The position numbers and the translations under genes are program-made. A model generated the notes under the pieces. The model saw nothing but the letters and a program-made list of their open reading frames with translations, did no database searches and was not told where the DNA came from. A stretch of 64,000 nucleotides of DNA from Octopus vulgaris (Eukaryota): assembly GCA_951406725.2 (NCBI GenBank), contig OX597823.1, positions 47,864,001-47,928,000 of the forward strand. Reading direction: 5' to 3'. Shown one piece after another: positions 50,821-64,000 of the stretch. Each line of letters starts with the position of its first letter. Positions within the stretch are counted from its first letter, which is position 1.

Positions 50821-52276
50821 TAGTTTTGGCTTGAAAATCTTTGATCCTAGGTGTACTCAATTAATGTAGGTTTAGAGGTAAGCAGCAATACTAACAATAT
50901 TGCTACTCATACCACTGCTATTGTTTTCTTCACCTCTGCTATCACCTCCAATTACAGTAATGTCAGGTATACTGATCTTGTGCCTATTGTCTAATTGCAG
51001 AAGAAAGATCAGAACGAGTTTGAAGACATCAAGAACAGTGAAACTGGAGGATCAATGTCCTGGCAAGGTTATCTAAGTTGATAAGAATGACATGAAACTA
51101 TTGACACACAAAAAAGCTATCTTATTTATCATATTTAATAATTATTTTCAGTGGAGGTTAGTGTCCTTAGGAAGGGTTTAGTAAGCATGCTCTGGATATA
51201 GAATAAAGGACCTGCTCATAATTATAGATTGAATCAATGTCTTTTATTAGCTTGCAGGAGTGGAAGAAGTGCAAGTATTGGTTAGGTGCAGGTATGGCTG
51301 TGGCTGTGTGGTTAAGAAGCTTGCATACTAACTAAGCATGTGGCCAGGTTCAATTCCAATATGTGGCATGTGGGCTTTGTGAATGGATACACTAAGGAAA
51401 CAAGAAGAAACTGAAAGAAACCAGTTCCAGGTTCCAGGTTCAGTCCCACTGCATGGCTCCTCAAATGAGTGTCTTCTACTATTGCTTCAGGCTGCCCAAA
51501 GCCTTATGAATGTATTTGGTAGATAGAAACGGAAAAAAACCCATTCATCATCATCATCATCATCATCGTTTAGCATCCGTTTTCCATGCTAGCATGGGTT
51601 GTATATATATTTATATATATATATAAGTTGACCCCACTGGAATTTGAACTCAGGATGTAAAGATGGTCAAAATGCTGCTAAGTATTTTCCACTGCATGCT
51701 AATGATTCTGCCAGTTCACTGTCTTATTAATATATATATATATATATATTACTGTTTGTTTTTATGCTTAGCTGTAACAAAAAACAAAGACCAATTTTAC
51801 CTTAATCTGAAGGGTTACACCAATTTTATAAAGTACAAATTTATAATTCTTTGCCACATGAAAAGTACTCATGCCAGTGTTATGTTGTAGCACATGTGCT
51901 GGTGTCACGCTAAAAGCACCCAGCACACACTGTGAAGTGGTTGGCATTAGGAAGGGCATCAGCTATAGAAACCATGACAACTCAGACTGGAACCCGGTGC
52001 AGCTCTCTCACTGCCAGCTTTAGCCAAACCATCCAACTCATTCTTTCGCGTCTTTCAGTCATTTGACTGCAACCATGCTGGAGCACTGCATTAAAGGGTT
52101 GTTAGTTGAAGAAATCGACCCCAGGACTTATTCTTTGTAATCCTAGTACTTATTCTATCATTCTCTTTTGTCAAACTACTAAGTTATGAGGACATAAACT
52201 CACCAGCATCAGCTGTCAAATGATGGTGGGGGTACAAACACACACGCACAAATACATACATATATACATACATATA

Positions 52277-52318
<42 letters not shown>

Positions 52319-52795
52319 TACACAAAATATGGGGGTTTAGTTCACAAGTAATCTAAATGACTAGGTATGCTGGGTAAGTGCTGTAATGGATTACTAGGGC
52401 TCCAAAGTTATACCTGAGACAGTAGATATGGAGCCATTGTAGATTTCCAATATGGCAGATATATAATTGTTAAAGTGGACAACAAACATCAAAGCAAGAC
52501 AAACAACTCAAGTCATATACGTTATTATTATATATGACTTGAGGTGTATGTCTTGCCTTAACATTTGTTGTCCTCTTTGACAATTATATACATACATATA
52601 CACACACATACATATATATGCATATATACATATATATATATAAATATATATACATATATATATATGTATATATATATGCGCGTGTGTCTGTGTGTATATA
52701 TATATATATATATCATTTGCCATGATAGAATCACTAGCCACTACACATTCTTTATTTTCTCTCTTTATTTGCTCTCCTTGTTTCTTTCTGTGTTC

Positions 52796-52832
52796 CTTTC
52801 TGTGGAAGAGCGTAGGCTGGAAACGTTAAAGA
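52796..52832 (+). ncRNA. Degenerate hammerhead-like motif in a dispersed repeat (related copy at 49490-49525)
   Basis: CTTT-CTGTGGAAGA-GC GTAG GC-TG-GAAACGTT-AAAG; non-canonical core. Confidence 0.35.
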
Positions 52833-52932
52833 CTTTTTCACTTCCCAAGAGTTAAACTTATACATCTGTTTGTTGTCTACACCACCTGTCTTCGTCTTTT
52901 TGGGTTTTTTTTCATGAATTCTCCTTATATGT

Positions 52933-52972
<40 letters not shown>

Positions 52973-53708
52973 GACGGTCTTCTTTCGGTTTCTGTCTACC
53001 CAATCCACTCTCAAAGCTTTGGTCGGCCCAACAACTATAGCAGAAGATACCTACCCAAGGTGTCACGCAGTGGGACTGAATCCAGAACCATGTGGTTAGT
53101 AAGCAAGCTTCTTACTACACAGCCATGCTTGTGCCTATAGCAAAATCGAAAACGGGTGCTAAAGGATGATGATGATGATGATGATGATGATGTTGAAGGA
53201 TAGTATTGGCAGTAGCTTCAAGTTTCACCCAGCCAGGCCAACATCAAACTGTGATGCATTGAGTTAATCTTGGCTTTATATAGTTTCTGTTGAGATGGAA
53301 TTTTTCTGGTGTTTGTGGGTTTCAGTTGAATGGTAATTAGATTTTAAGGTGAGTATTGATGGAGAAGTGTCGTGGAGAAATTTTCATTGATTAAATTTGG
53401 GGTTATGTTATTGCGCATAATTTTTTCATGCTTGTAGAACTTTGTAAACAGGTGTGTGTATATATATATATATATAGAGGTGTGACAGTTCAGGATGTGG
53501 GACTGTCTTTTAGTGGTTAAGAAGAAGAAAATACATAGGTACAGGAGATTTTGGTCAGCTGATATATCATTAGTTTTGGCTATTTTTTATTTTATTGGAT
53601 TTAATCCTTTGCCTTGGCAATGTAAAGTTCAAAGTTCATAGTTTAGTCTAGAATTTAAAAACTTGGTAATTGGGTGTTATGTGTGTGTGTGTGTGTGCAT
53701 GTGTGTGT

Positions 53709-53742
<34 letters not shown>

Positions 53743-53795
53743 TGTAGTTGTAGTAGTAGTAGTAGTAGTAGTAGTTGCTGCTGCTTTCTCATAAA

Positions 53796-54086
53796 TGACA
53801 GTCCCATAAAAGGGAAGAATGCTACTGCTATTTAGCCCTAGGAAACACTGTTTCCTGTTGGATTTGACACATTTCCTGTGTTTCAAAGTGGAGACAAACA
53901 CCTCCACCCAGCAAAACCAGCATCCAGAGACTAGTTTCAGATGCTGGTTTTGCTGGGTGGGGGTGCTTGTCTCCACTTTGAAAACATTAGGACACAGGAA
54001 ATGTCTCAAGTCCAACAGGTCCAACAGGAAACGGTGTTTCCCAGGGCTAAATAACAGTAGCCTTCTTCCCTTTTATGGGACTGTCA
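53796..54086. repeat. Fold-back palindrome, about 290 bp
   Basis: TGACAGTCCCATAAAAGGGAAG... / ...CTTCCCTTTTATGGGACTGTCA. Confidence 0.9.
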
Positions 54087-54239
54087 CATTAAGTTGATGA
54101 CATGCTATCACTTTATCGTGCTGCTACTGCATAAATCTCTCTGAGAGATTTTGAAACATATCATATATACACACACACACACAAATGCAAAGAAAAGGAA
54201 TGTAGTCAGGATTTTGAGGAAAACTATTTACTTGGTGCT

Positions 54240-54570
54240 TTCATCCCTGTCAGGGATTCATCGTGAATAATTTCTTATAGAAAATTCATACCTTTTATCT
54301 ACATGTGAGTTAGTTGAAAAAAATCTTGAGTTGAATTTGCTTTCTTGGTTTTTGAGAAAAGGATGTTTTGGGAATGGTTATTTGAGATGTTCTTTGTGAA
54401 AATGATGAAAAACATCTCAAATAACCATTCCCAAAACATTTTCCTTCCAAACACTGAGAAAATAAATTAAGCACCAGATTTTTTTTTCTTTAACTAGCTT
54501 ACATATATATATAAAAGGAATAAATTTTTTTTATAAGAAATCATTCATGAAGTGTCCTTGAAAGGGACGA
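54240..54570. repeat. Diverged fold-back palindrome
   Basis: ATGTTTTGGGAATGGTTATTTGAGATGTT / AACATCTCAAATAACCATTCCCAAAACAT. Confidence 0.75.
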
Positions 54571-54864
54571 ATGCACTAAATAAACAGTTTTATCCAAATT
54601 CTGTCTACATTCTTTTTTCTTGATATATAAAATCTGCACACCACTTCAAACAACCTATACACAAACAGACACACACACACACACACACATGCACGCACAC
54701 ACATATGCATATACATATGTATATATATGCATATATATGCATATGTGTGTGTGTTTGTGTGTGTGCATTTATATATATATAATATCAACAATAATAATAA
54801 AGATTATTACAAAGTAGCATAGCATTACCTTTAATTCTTTCATTGGACACTAAACTCTGCTTAC

Positions 54865-55260
54865 AAAGACCTGTTGAAGCAAGTGAAATCGAAATTGAAT
54901 AAAATTCGATGACTGGCACCCGTGCTAGTGGTGTGTAACAATGCTGGTAGCATGTGAAAAAACATTCGAGTGAGATCGTTGCCAGTGCTGCTGGACTGGC
55001 TTCTATGCAGGTGGCACGTAAAAAGCACCATTTGAGCGTGGCCGCTGCCAGTACCGCTTGACTAGCTCTCGTGCCGGTGGCACGTAAAAGCACCCACTAC
55101 ACTCTCGGAGTGGTTGGCATTAGGAAGAGCATCCAGCTGTAGAAACTCTGCCAGATCAGATTGGAGCCTGGCGCAGCCATCTGGTTCGCCAGTCCTCAGA
55201 CAAATCGTCCAACCCATGCTAGCATGGAAAGCAGACGTTAAACGATGATGATCATGATGA
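54865..55260 (+). mobile_element. SINE family B
   Basis: Internal GGTGGCACGTAAAAAGCACC repeats; (TGA)n tail. Confidence 0.85.
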
Positions 55261-55436
55261 TATGTACAGCTTCAAATAGACCTACACATGTTTCAACTGC
55301 ACCGATTAGTAACTGTTGCAATTGCAACCCTACAATAATACCAGTACAGTTTTGTCAGTGTCTCTACCGAATGTCTTTTGATTCAATCATTAAAACTTTT
55401 TCATTTATCTACTCTGAATTGTGTGTGTATTTACAG

Positions 55437-55486
<50 letters not shown>

Positions 55487-55489
<3 letters not shown>

Positions 55490-55915
55490 AAGGCGTGGCT
55501 GTGTGGTAAAAAGCTTGCTTCCCAACCACGTGTTTTCAGGTTCAGTCCCATTGCATGACACATTAGGCAAGTGTCTTCTATTATAGCCCCAGGCCGACCA
55601 AAGCCTTGCGAGTGGATTTGGTAAACGGAAACTAAAAGAAGCCCATCATATATATACATATGTGTGTCTATGTGTATGTGTGTTTTGTGCCTGTGTTTGC
55701 CCCCCCACCACCGCCACCACGTCTATTTGACAACTGATGCTGGTGTGTTTACATCTCTGTAATTTAGTGGTTAGCAAAAGAGACCAATAGAATAAGAATC
55801 AGGCTTTGAAAAAATTAAGTACTGGAATCAATACATTCGGCTAAAAATTCTTCAAAGTAGTGTCCCAGCATGGTCGCAGCCCAGTGTCTGAAACAAGTAA
55901 AAAGAAAACAAAAAG
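55487..55915 (+). mobile_element. SINE family A
   Basis: Full head, core and tail. Confidence 0.85.
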
Positions 55916-55957
55916 ATATGCATATGTGCGTGTGTGTATATGATATATATATATAGT

Positions 55958-56338
55958 GGAGGCGCAATGGCCCAATGGTTAGGGCAGCGGACTCGCGGTC
56001 ATAGGATCACGGTTTCGATTCCCAGACCGGGCGTTGTGAGTGTTTATTGAGCGAAAACACCTAAAGTTCCACGCGTTCCGGCAAGGGATGGTGGTGATCC
56101 CTGCTGTACTCTTTCACCACAACTTTCTCTCACTCTTACTTCCTGTTTCTGTTGTACCTGTATTTCAAGGGGCCGGCCTTGTCACTCTCTGTGTCACGCT
56201 GAATATCCCCGAGAACTACATTAAAGGTACACGTGTCTGTGGAGTGCTCAGCCACTTACACGTTAATTTCACGAGCAGGCTGTTCCGTTGATTCGGATCA
56301 ACCGGAACCCTCGTCGTCACAACCGACGGAGTGGTTCC
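55958..56338 (+). mobile_element. SINE family D, full length
   Basis: tRNA-Arg-like head TGGCCCAATGGTTAGGGCAGCGGACTCGCGG...GTTTCGATTCCC. Confidence 0.9.
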
Positions 56339-56387
56339 ATATATATATAATACACATACACACACACGCACACACATACACACATAT

Positions 56388-56441
<54 letters not shown>

Positions 56442-56522
56442 CACACACATGCACACACATATATACATATATACATATATACATAATTCCAAAGGAAATC
56501 AGCCATTTTACCTTCGTCAGGC

Positions 56523-56559
<37 letters not shown>

Positions 56560-56793
56560 TTAATAGTAATGGTAAGACAACAAAAGAATGAATAAGACCT
56601 CGATTGTATGTAAATAGAGGAATTTACCTTTTTCTATATATATAGATAATATAGGACATTCAGTAAATTGTCATAATAATACTCAGAGTTTCAAATACCG
56701 GGGCAGAGAATTTCTAGGCATTTTTCATCAGTTATTAAGACAAGAACGCCATGGAAAAATAAAAGTAAAAGATATAAAATATAAAACATATAA

Positions 56794-56829
<36 letters not shown>

Positions 56830-56849
56830 TAAAACTTAGATAAACTTAG

Positions 56850-57500
56850 ATATGTTTCGACCAAAGATTGGTCCAGGCCATGTCTAACTTAATAGCAGCA
56901 CCTGATAGGATTATTTGAATCCTGTTTAAGTCAAGTTTTGTTTATGGTCCATTCAAGTAGTGAGTTTTTGTTGGGTTAGTTGTTTCCAATTATGGGTGGC
57001 TTATCTGGTATTCCTTGAAGGAATCTATCCAGACTCCGTTTAAAGTTGATGGGATCCTTTTCCTCTTTGATCTCTTTCGGGACAATGTTAAATAGGGCAG
57101 GGCCTGTTGAGGAAAAGGAATTATGTTGCAGTGTACATGTATGCTATGATCTTGAATTGGGAAGGGGACGTATGGCCCTTGGTCCCAGTCTTGGATGAAC
57201 CTTGAAGCTAATGTTCTGGTGGTTTGGGCAAAGTTGGCGGTATATTCTCCACATCATACAAATGATGTACCGCTCATGGCGACGCTGGAGAGAGTAGAGT
57301 TTCAAGGCTTTAAGGCGATCCCAATAATCGAGAGCAATTCGTTTAGTGAGTGCCCTCTGGGGTGATTCAATCCTCGAGATGTTTTGTCTTGTATGGGGAG
57401 ACCACAGTGGGCAGCAGTATTCGAGGTGTGGCCGTACAAAGGAGGAGAAAAGTGGTATGATGACACCTTGTTCTCTGGACCGGAAAGTTATATTCAATAA
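56850..57500 (-). mobile_element. CR1-clade LINE 3' fragment (second family)
   Basis: LFSSFVRPHLEYCCPLWSPH...QRALTKRI..LDYWDRLKALKLYSLQRRHERY. Confidence 0.85.
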
Positions 57501-58058
57501 TTTTGTCAAAAATGGAGAAGAGAATTTGTTAGAATATATAAGAGAATTTTAATTCATGCTGACAATCATTTCATACAGAGATATATATTTAATTGGAGCT
57601 AAAATTTCTAATCTCCTTACTCATCTATAGAAACCTTTTTTACTTATATTTTCAAATAACTGTTATAGCCTTTAGTTTTAGTTAATACCTAACTGGACTC
57701 ACATCTCTTTTTCTCATAAGGATAAATATGAATCTCCTAGATTCTGTTCTGCTATTTCCTTTCTCAAGTTCTTTGTAAGAATTTTGTTTTTACTTCTTGC
57801 ACTGAAGAGTACAGTGATACATAATTAATTAATTTAATTGATTTAATTTAATTCAATTCAATTATGAATTTGCATCATTTTAAATCTCTGTACAAAACAA
57901 TCTGCATGAATTAAAATTCTCGTATATATTTTAACAACTTCTCTTTTTCATTTTTAACTAAATTCTTGACTTTTATGGGCTTTCTTTCCATAAATTCGCA
58001 ACACATCATATACAAGTATTATTTTCATATTCGCAAATTTACACCTACACACACATAC

Positions 58059-58105
<47 letters not shown>

Positions 58106-58557
58106 TACATATATGGATGTATAAATGTATTTCTATATATGTGTGTGTGTGTAGATAGATATATAGATAGATATATGCATGTGAGTTTATATATGCTTGT
58201 GTCTCCTTGTCTTGACTTTACCTCACAGTTGTAAAGCATTTGTTGTCCCTGTCATACAAGCAATGCCATCCATTTCCAGTCTTCTGCAAAAACATGTCTG
58301 GCCATGGGGAAATACTGTGTTGCTTGAAATCACATGAGGATCAGTGACAAGAAGGACATCCAGCCATATAAAATCTTCTTTGATAAGTTCCATCCAATGC
58401 ATGCAAGCATGGGAAAGAGATCATTAAAATGTTGATGATGAGGATTTGATAACTGATATCAGAGTTGCTTTTGTTTAGATCAAGATCAAACATTAATCAA
58501 GCAAGCCTATGATTAAATGTATTCTTGCTGATAACAAGTGATTTGAAAGAGATCTAG

Positions 58558-59260
58558 GAAGGCATAGCTGTGTGGTGAGAAGTTTGCTTCCCAAACCACA
58601 TGGATCCAAGTTCAGTCCCACTGCGTGGCATCTTGGTTAAGCATCTTCTATTATAGCCTTGGGCCAACCAAAGCCTTGCGAAAGGATTCGGAAGATGAAA
58701 ACTGACTGTCATTTGAGTGTGTGTTTGTGCATGCGTGTGTGGTGTGGTGTGTGTGTGTGTGCGTGCATGCATGTGTGGTGTGGTGTGTGTGTATCTGTGT
58801 CTTTGAGCCTGCGTTTGTCTCCCAATACCTATTTCTTTACTACCCACAAGGGGCTAAGCACAGAGGGGACAAACAAGGACAGACACATGGATTAAGTCGA
58901 TTACATCGACTCCAGTGCGTAACTGGTACTTAGTTAATCGACCCCGAAAGGATGAAAGGCAAAGTCGACCTCGGTGGAATTTGAACTCAGAATGTAATGG
59001 CAGACAAAATACCGCTAAGCATTTCGCCCGACGTTTTAACGATTCTGCCAGCTCGCCACCTTACTTGACAACTGGTGTTGGTGTGTCTATGTCCCCATAA
59101 CTTAACAGTTTGGCAAAAGAGACTGATAGAATAAATATCAGGCTTAAAATACATAAGTACTGGAATCAATACATTCAACTAAAAAATTCTTCAAGGCAGT
59201 GCCCCAGCATGGCTGCAGTCTAACAAATGAAAAAAAGAAAACAACTAAAGATAAAAAGAG
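58558..59260 (+). mobile_element. SINE family A with nested antisense SINE C (about 58830-59060)
   Basis: Family A halves flank the reverse-complement family C copy. Confidence 0.85.
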
Positions 59261-59612
59261 TATTTCAAGCATGTGTATTGACCTTGTGGTTGCTTCCATA
59301 AATATGTGACTGCTGGTATAATAGTTACGAGAATTTACTTAAAACTGTTAATATATCTGAAGCATCACGAGCATTTGTAATGAATTGTAATATATTGCAA
59401 ATAGGTTAATTAATGAGCAATAATTACATTTATGAAATAGTTATTAAATGATATTCATTTGTGGACAGAGCAAGTGTTAATGATGTGGGACACCCATTTC
59501 TGACATTTTGGTTAATAGTTTTAAATCTCCGAGAATGTATTGGCACTTTAATACAACCAAAGCACATTGTTTAATATATGCATGCTCGTTTATCTAAACA
59601 ATAAATCATCTT

Positions 59613-59645
<33 letters not shown>

Positions 59646-59765
59646 GTTTCATGTTGACTTTTCCTTGTTTGTATGGAGCTGACAATATTTGTTGAAGCAG
59701 ATATTCTTAGATATTCTTCAAGTGGACATTTTTCTTGTCACCAACCCTCACCTGCCAATTCCTAG

Positions 59766-59982
59766 TTAGTTCGCCACCATCAATTCACCGAAGGGAAAAT
59801 TCACTGCCATCAATTCACTATGAAGAAAGTTCACCATGAGGAAAGTTCACTGTGAGAAAAGTTTACGAAGAAAATATATCCATTAATAGATAAAAACTAT
59901 TGTTTATTGAAAAACAAAAAAGGCAATGAATTGATGATGGTTAACTTTCCTTGTAGTGAATTGATGATGGTGAATTTACCAG
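59766..59982. mobile_element. MITE-like element with arrays of subterminal repeats
   Basis: (A)ATTCAC / AGTTCAC repeats on the left, GTGAATT / ATGAATTG repeats on the right. Confidence 0.55.
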
Positions 59983-60129
59983 ATAGATCACCTGTCAGAT
60001 ACGTTTTTTGAAAGAATACTGGAAAAGCACAAAATTGCTTGTTTAACAATGATGCTCATTTACAATGATCATGAGATGTCTAGACAAGGGTACACACTAG
60101 CATATACACTGAACAAAGCCCATTTTGTG

Positions 60130-60160
<31 letters not shown>

Positions 60161-61151
60161 ATGTATATATTTGTGTGTTTGTGTTTACGTCACCATAACT
60201 TAGCGGTTCAGCAAAACGAGTTCAATAGAATAAATACTAGGCTTACAAAGAATAAGTACTGGGGTTGATTTGTTCGACTAAAGGTGGTGCTCCAGCATGG
60301 CTGCAGTCAAATAATTGAAACAAATAAAAGAATATATATATATATATATATATGCTTGTGTATATTGCTCTTCAACAATGCATCAAGTTGGGTTCCTTAA
60401 CTCCAGAGGGTATCTTAATTCACTTATTAGGGGTGGATAGAATAAATATCATAACTGAAATATCTACAACTCTATGCCTGATAAAATCCTTTAAGGGTGG
60501 TGCTACAGCATGACCTCAGTCCAGTGACTGAAACCAATAAAGAACAGTGGAATCTCGATGCTTTCATACATTTGTCAAACCAACTTTATGCGGCCAGTTT
60601 TTGAAGAACATTTATAAAAGTGCAGAATTTGCACAAATCTAAGCAACTTACACCAGCATGAAAAATGTTAATATAAAAGAAGTGAAAATAAGATTTAGTT
60701 TATGAAACTATCTGAAATTATAAATTTATGAAGGTGGAAAAAAAAAAGAACAAAAAAAAAAAGAAAAAAAAAAAAGAAAAAGTCTTTTAAATGAGAGAAG
60801 TGAAAAGCCCTTTGAATAAGAACTAGGAAAACAACTGGATCGTTCAATTGAACTGGCAGATCTATATTAATGTGTCTGCATGACATTTCAGTCAACTGGA
60901 ATTTTCAGTAACTTTAGACTTATATTGCAAAATTGTAAAATATTTTCATAGTTTTGTATTTCATTTTAGTAATATGAGATTATCAAATCACATGCGTACA
61001 TATGGACACGCTAACACACACAGACATGAACACACACACAGACACACACACACACATAACCACACATACACATGCACACGGACACAGACTCACATATTAC
61101 AGATATATAAATATATATGTATGATTGATATGCATATATGTATATGTGTGT

Positions 61152-61195
<44 letters not shown>

Positions 61196-61240
61196 GTATG
61201 TACATATGCATATATGTATGTGTGTATTTATATATATATT

Positions 61241-61292
<52 letters not shown>

Positions 61293-61832
61293 CATTTATA
61301 TATATATACACACACACACACGCACACATATACATATATACATAATCATGCATACATACATGTACGTATATACACATCTACATCACATCCACACGTACAC
61401 ACATACACATTACACACTCATCCACAGACATAACGTCATAAATACACATATAATTTCCAAATTTCATTTTTTTTTTTACGTCCCTGTACATAATTCTTCA
61501 GATTCAAGAAAAATGATGCAAAATATTTTTCAACTTTTTGATTAATTTCAAATTTAATGTATTGATTTTATATTTAAGGTTAGACAGTATATTTTTTAAC
61601 TCTCCCAATAAACACTTGTGGCAAAGAGACAAGATGTCTATTTCCATATTATCTGCATTTACATGTGTGTGTTGTGTAGTAGTTGCGACCACATTATAAA
61701 GTGTTCCATCATAGCTTTGCCTCTGATCATTATAGAACTTAAGGAGCACGCATGTATGTCTGTAGAAAGATGAAAAGGGTAAAACGTTTCAACAGATGAA
61801 GTATGAGAATGTAAATTTATGCGTAGTTGGTT

Positions 61833-61872
61833 CATCATCATCATCGTCATCATCATCATCATCTTCATCATT

Positions 61873-61903
<31 letters not shown>

Positions 61904-62057
61904 ACTTCATCATCATCATCATCATCATCATCACCATCATCACCATCATCACCATCATCATCATTGTCATCATCTTCATCATCATCATCATCATCATCTT
62001 CATCATCATCATCACCATCATCACCATCATCATCATCATCGTCGTCGTCGTCGTCAT
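61833..62057. repeat. (CAT)n microsatellite, expanded tail of a minus-strand SINE B
   Basis: Followed by TTTAATGTCCATTTTCTATGCTGGCATGGG, the reverse complement of the SINE B end. Confidence 0.9.
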
Positions 62058-62827
62058 CCTTTAATGTCCATTTTCTATGCTGGCATGGGTCGGCTGGTTT
62101 GACCAGAGTTGACAAGCTGGAGAGCCACATGAGGTTCCAGTCTGATTTGGCTTTGGTTTCTATGGTTGGATGCCCTTTCTAACAGCAACCACCGTACTGT
62201 ATCAGTTGGTCCTGTAATGAAGAAGTTAGTCTTGTGATTATACTGTTTGTTCCAGGTTTTGATCGAACCCACAGTATGGCACTGTAGGCAAAAATGATTT
62301 CTTTTATTGTAGCCGTGGATTAACCAATGCCTTGTGAGCGAAATTTGATAAAAATTACATGGAAACCTTTTACATGTATATATTCATGCACACATTCATA
62401 CACACACAAACATACACATGTATATCATCATCATCATCATCATCATCCTCACCACCACCACCACCACCACCATCTTCATTCTCATCATCATTTGATGTCT
62501 GTTTCCCATGCTGGCATTGGTTGGACAGCTTAACAGGAAATGGCAAGGCCAGGGGCTGCACAAGCTTCCAGAGTCTGTTTGGCTTGGTTTCTACAGCTGG
62601 ATGCCTTTACTTGTACAAACCATTTTCCATATGCTCAGTGCTTCTTATGTGGCATCATCACTAGTACTCTTTACGAGGCACCAGCATCAGTGCTTTTTAC
62701 ATGGCACCAGGACCAGCAATTCTTATGTGGTACCAACACCAACACCAACACCAATGCTTTTTTATATGGCACTTTGGTATTAGGATACCAATTCTGTTGT
62801 GTTGGGGAGGTCTTCTTGAGTACGTAA

Positions 62828-62855
<28 letters not shown>

Positions 62856-62859
<4 letters not shown>

Positions 62860-63130
62860 CAATTGCAGCATGGAAGGTGTTTATAAGCCATTTAAAAACA
62901 CACAAAAACTGTTAGATTCATTTCAACATTTAAATTTAATTTGCCAAAATATTTTCATCACTTTGAGACCGCAACCTATTCACTGACAAAATTACTTGTC
63001 AGTGAACAGGTCGTGGCCTCAAAGCAAAGAAAATATTTTGGCAAATAAAGTATAAATGTTGTGGTGAATCTAACATGTTTTGTGTGTTTTTAAATGGCTA
63101 ATAAATACCTTCCACGCTACAATTGTTTTT
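62856..63130. repeat. Fold-back palindrome of the repeat family at 7650-7850
   Basis: Centre near 62992: TTCACTGACAA..TTGTCAGTGAA. Confidence 0.85.
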
Positions 63131-63157
63131 GTTTCAGCACACAATCTCAGATCAGGT

Positions 63158-63198
<41 letters not shown>

Positions 63199-63392
63199 AT
63201 GGAGGTTTAGTTCACTGATGATCTAAATGAATAGGTACACTGGTCAAGTGCTGTAACGGATTATCGGGGGTTCGAAGCTTTGAACTGAGATAGGAGATAG
63301 GAATTCATTTTAAGCTTCCAATTTAGTAGATATATATTTGTGAAATGCCTCTGTGTTTGTTGCCCTCTTTCACAAATAAATAAATATATATG

Positions 63393-63458
<66 letters not shown>

Positions 63459-64000
63459 AAAGAAGGTTTGAAAATGCAATTTTAAAAGGTGTTTATTCAC
63501 TTGACCGGTTTCACTTTTTTAGAAAAAGATTGTCAAAAGTAAAATGTAAAAGCTTTGTTGTGTTAAGTACTGGTTGTCACAAAATATTACAATACATATA
63601 TACATTCTTTGATAATAATAATAATAATAAGAAGAAGAAGAAGAAGAAAAATATTGAAACAGTTTACAAGGAAAAATCTTGAGAAAATATTAAAAAGTTC
63701 ATTGAAAATATTAAGATTTCATTAAAAATCATGTTTGCTTGAAAGTATCTATATATATACACAGAAAATTATAAGTTCAAAAAGATCATATTTTGGTGGT
63801 ATATATATATATATACAGAAGGAGATATATTTAGGAGTTTACAAAGAATTTGAAATAAACTGACCTGTTTTACCATTTTTCATTTTCTGTGAAGCTAAAT
63901 AAAGGCTGATTACTATTTTAAGGGACAGTGTGAGAGGTTGGTTTGGGTGGGTGGAAGGAGGCACAATGTGGAATTGAAAGGAAATTTTTGTTGTTTCTCT

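Noticed and set aside
61659-62182. Poly-D/S/H/M/I ORFs
   Set aside because: Translations of a (CAT)n microsatellite.

Overview
Repeat-saturated eukaryotic DNA, probably intronic or intergenic. The SINE families and the AT/CA/CAT microsatellite load look like an Octopus (coleoid cephalopod) genome; this is recognition, not a database result. No intact host protein-coding gene is supportable, and most listed ORFs are microsatellite or SINE artefacts. The window holds many tRNA-derived SINEs and fragments of CR1, RTE, R4/Dong, Penelope and Gypsy retroelements. It also holds mariner, hAT, piggyBac and Helitron non-autonomous elements, fold-back palindromes and Penelope-type hammerhead motifs. Two loci stand out. 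(1) 11878-15870 is a head-to-tail array of three Tx1/L1-like elements that show only ORF1 (CCHC zinc knuckle visible in two). They sit at the same position inside a tRNA-SINE head and are separated by a repeated 15-bp target AGTAGCTTGCT(A/T)ACC. (2) 4550-5759 is a 1.2-kb unit bounded by 10-bp direct repeats. It has a minus-strand E2F/CCAAT/TATA promoter followed immediately by four histone-mRNA-like stem-loops, a duplicated structured module and a polyA site, with no ORF of 60 aa or more. Coordinates of degraded repeats are approximate.
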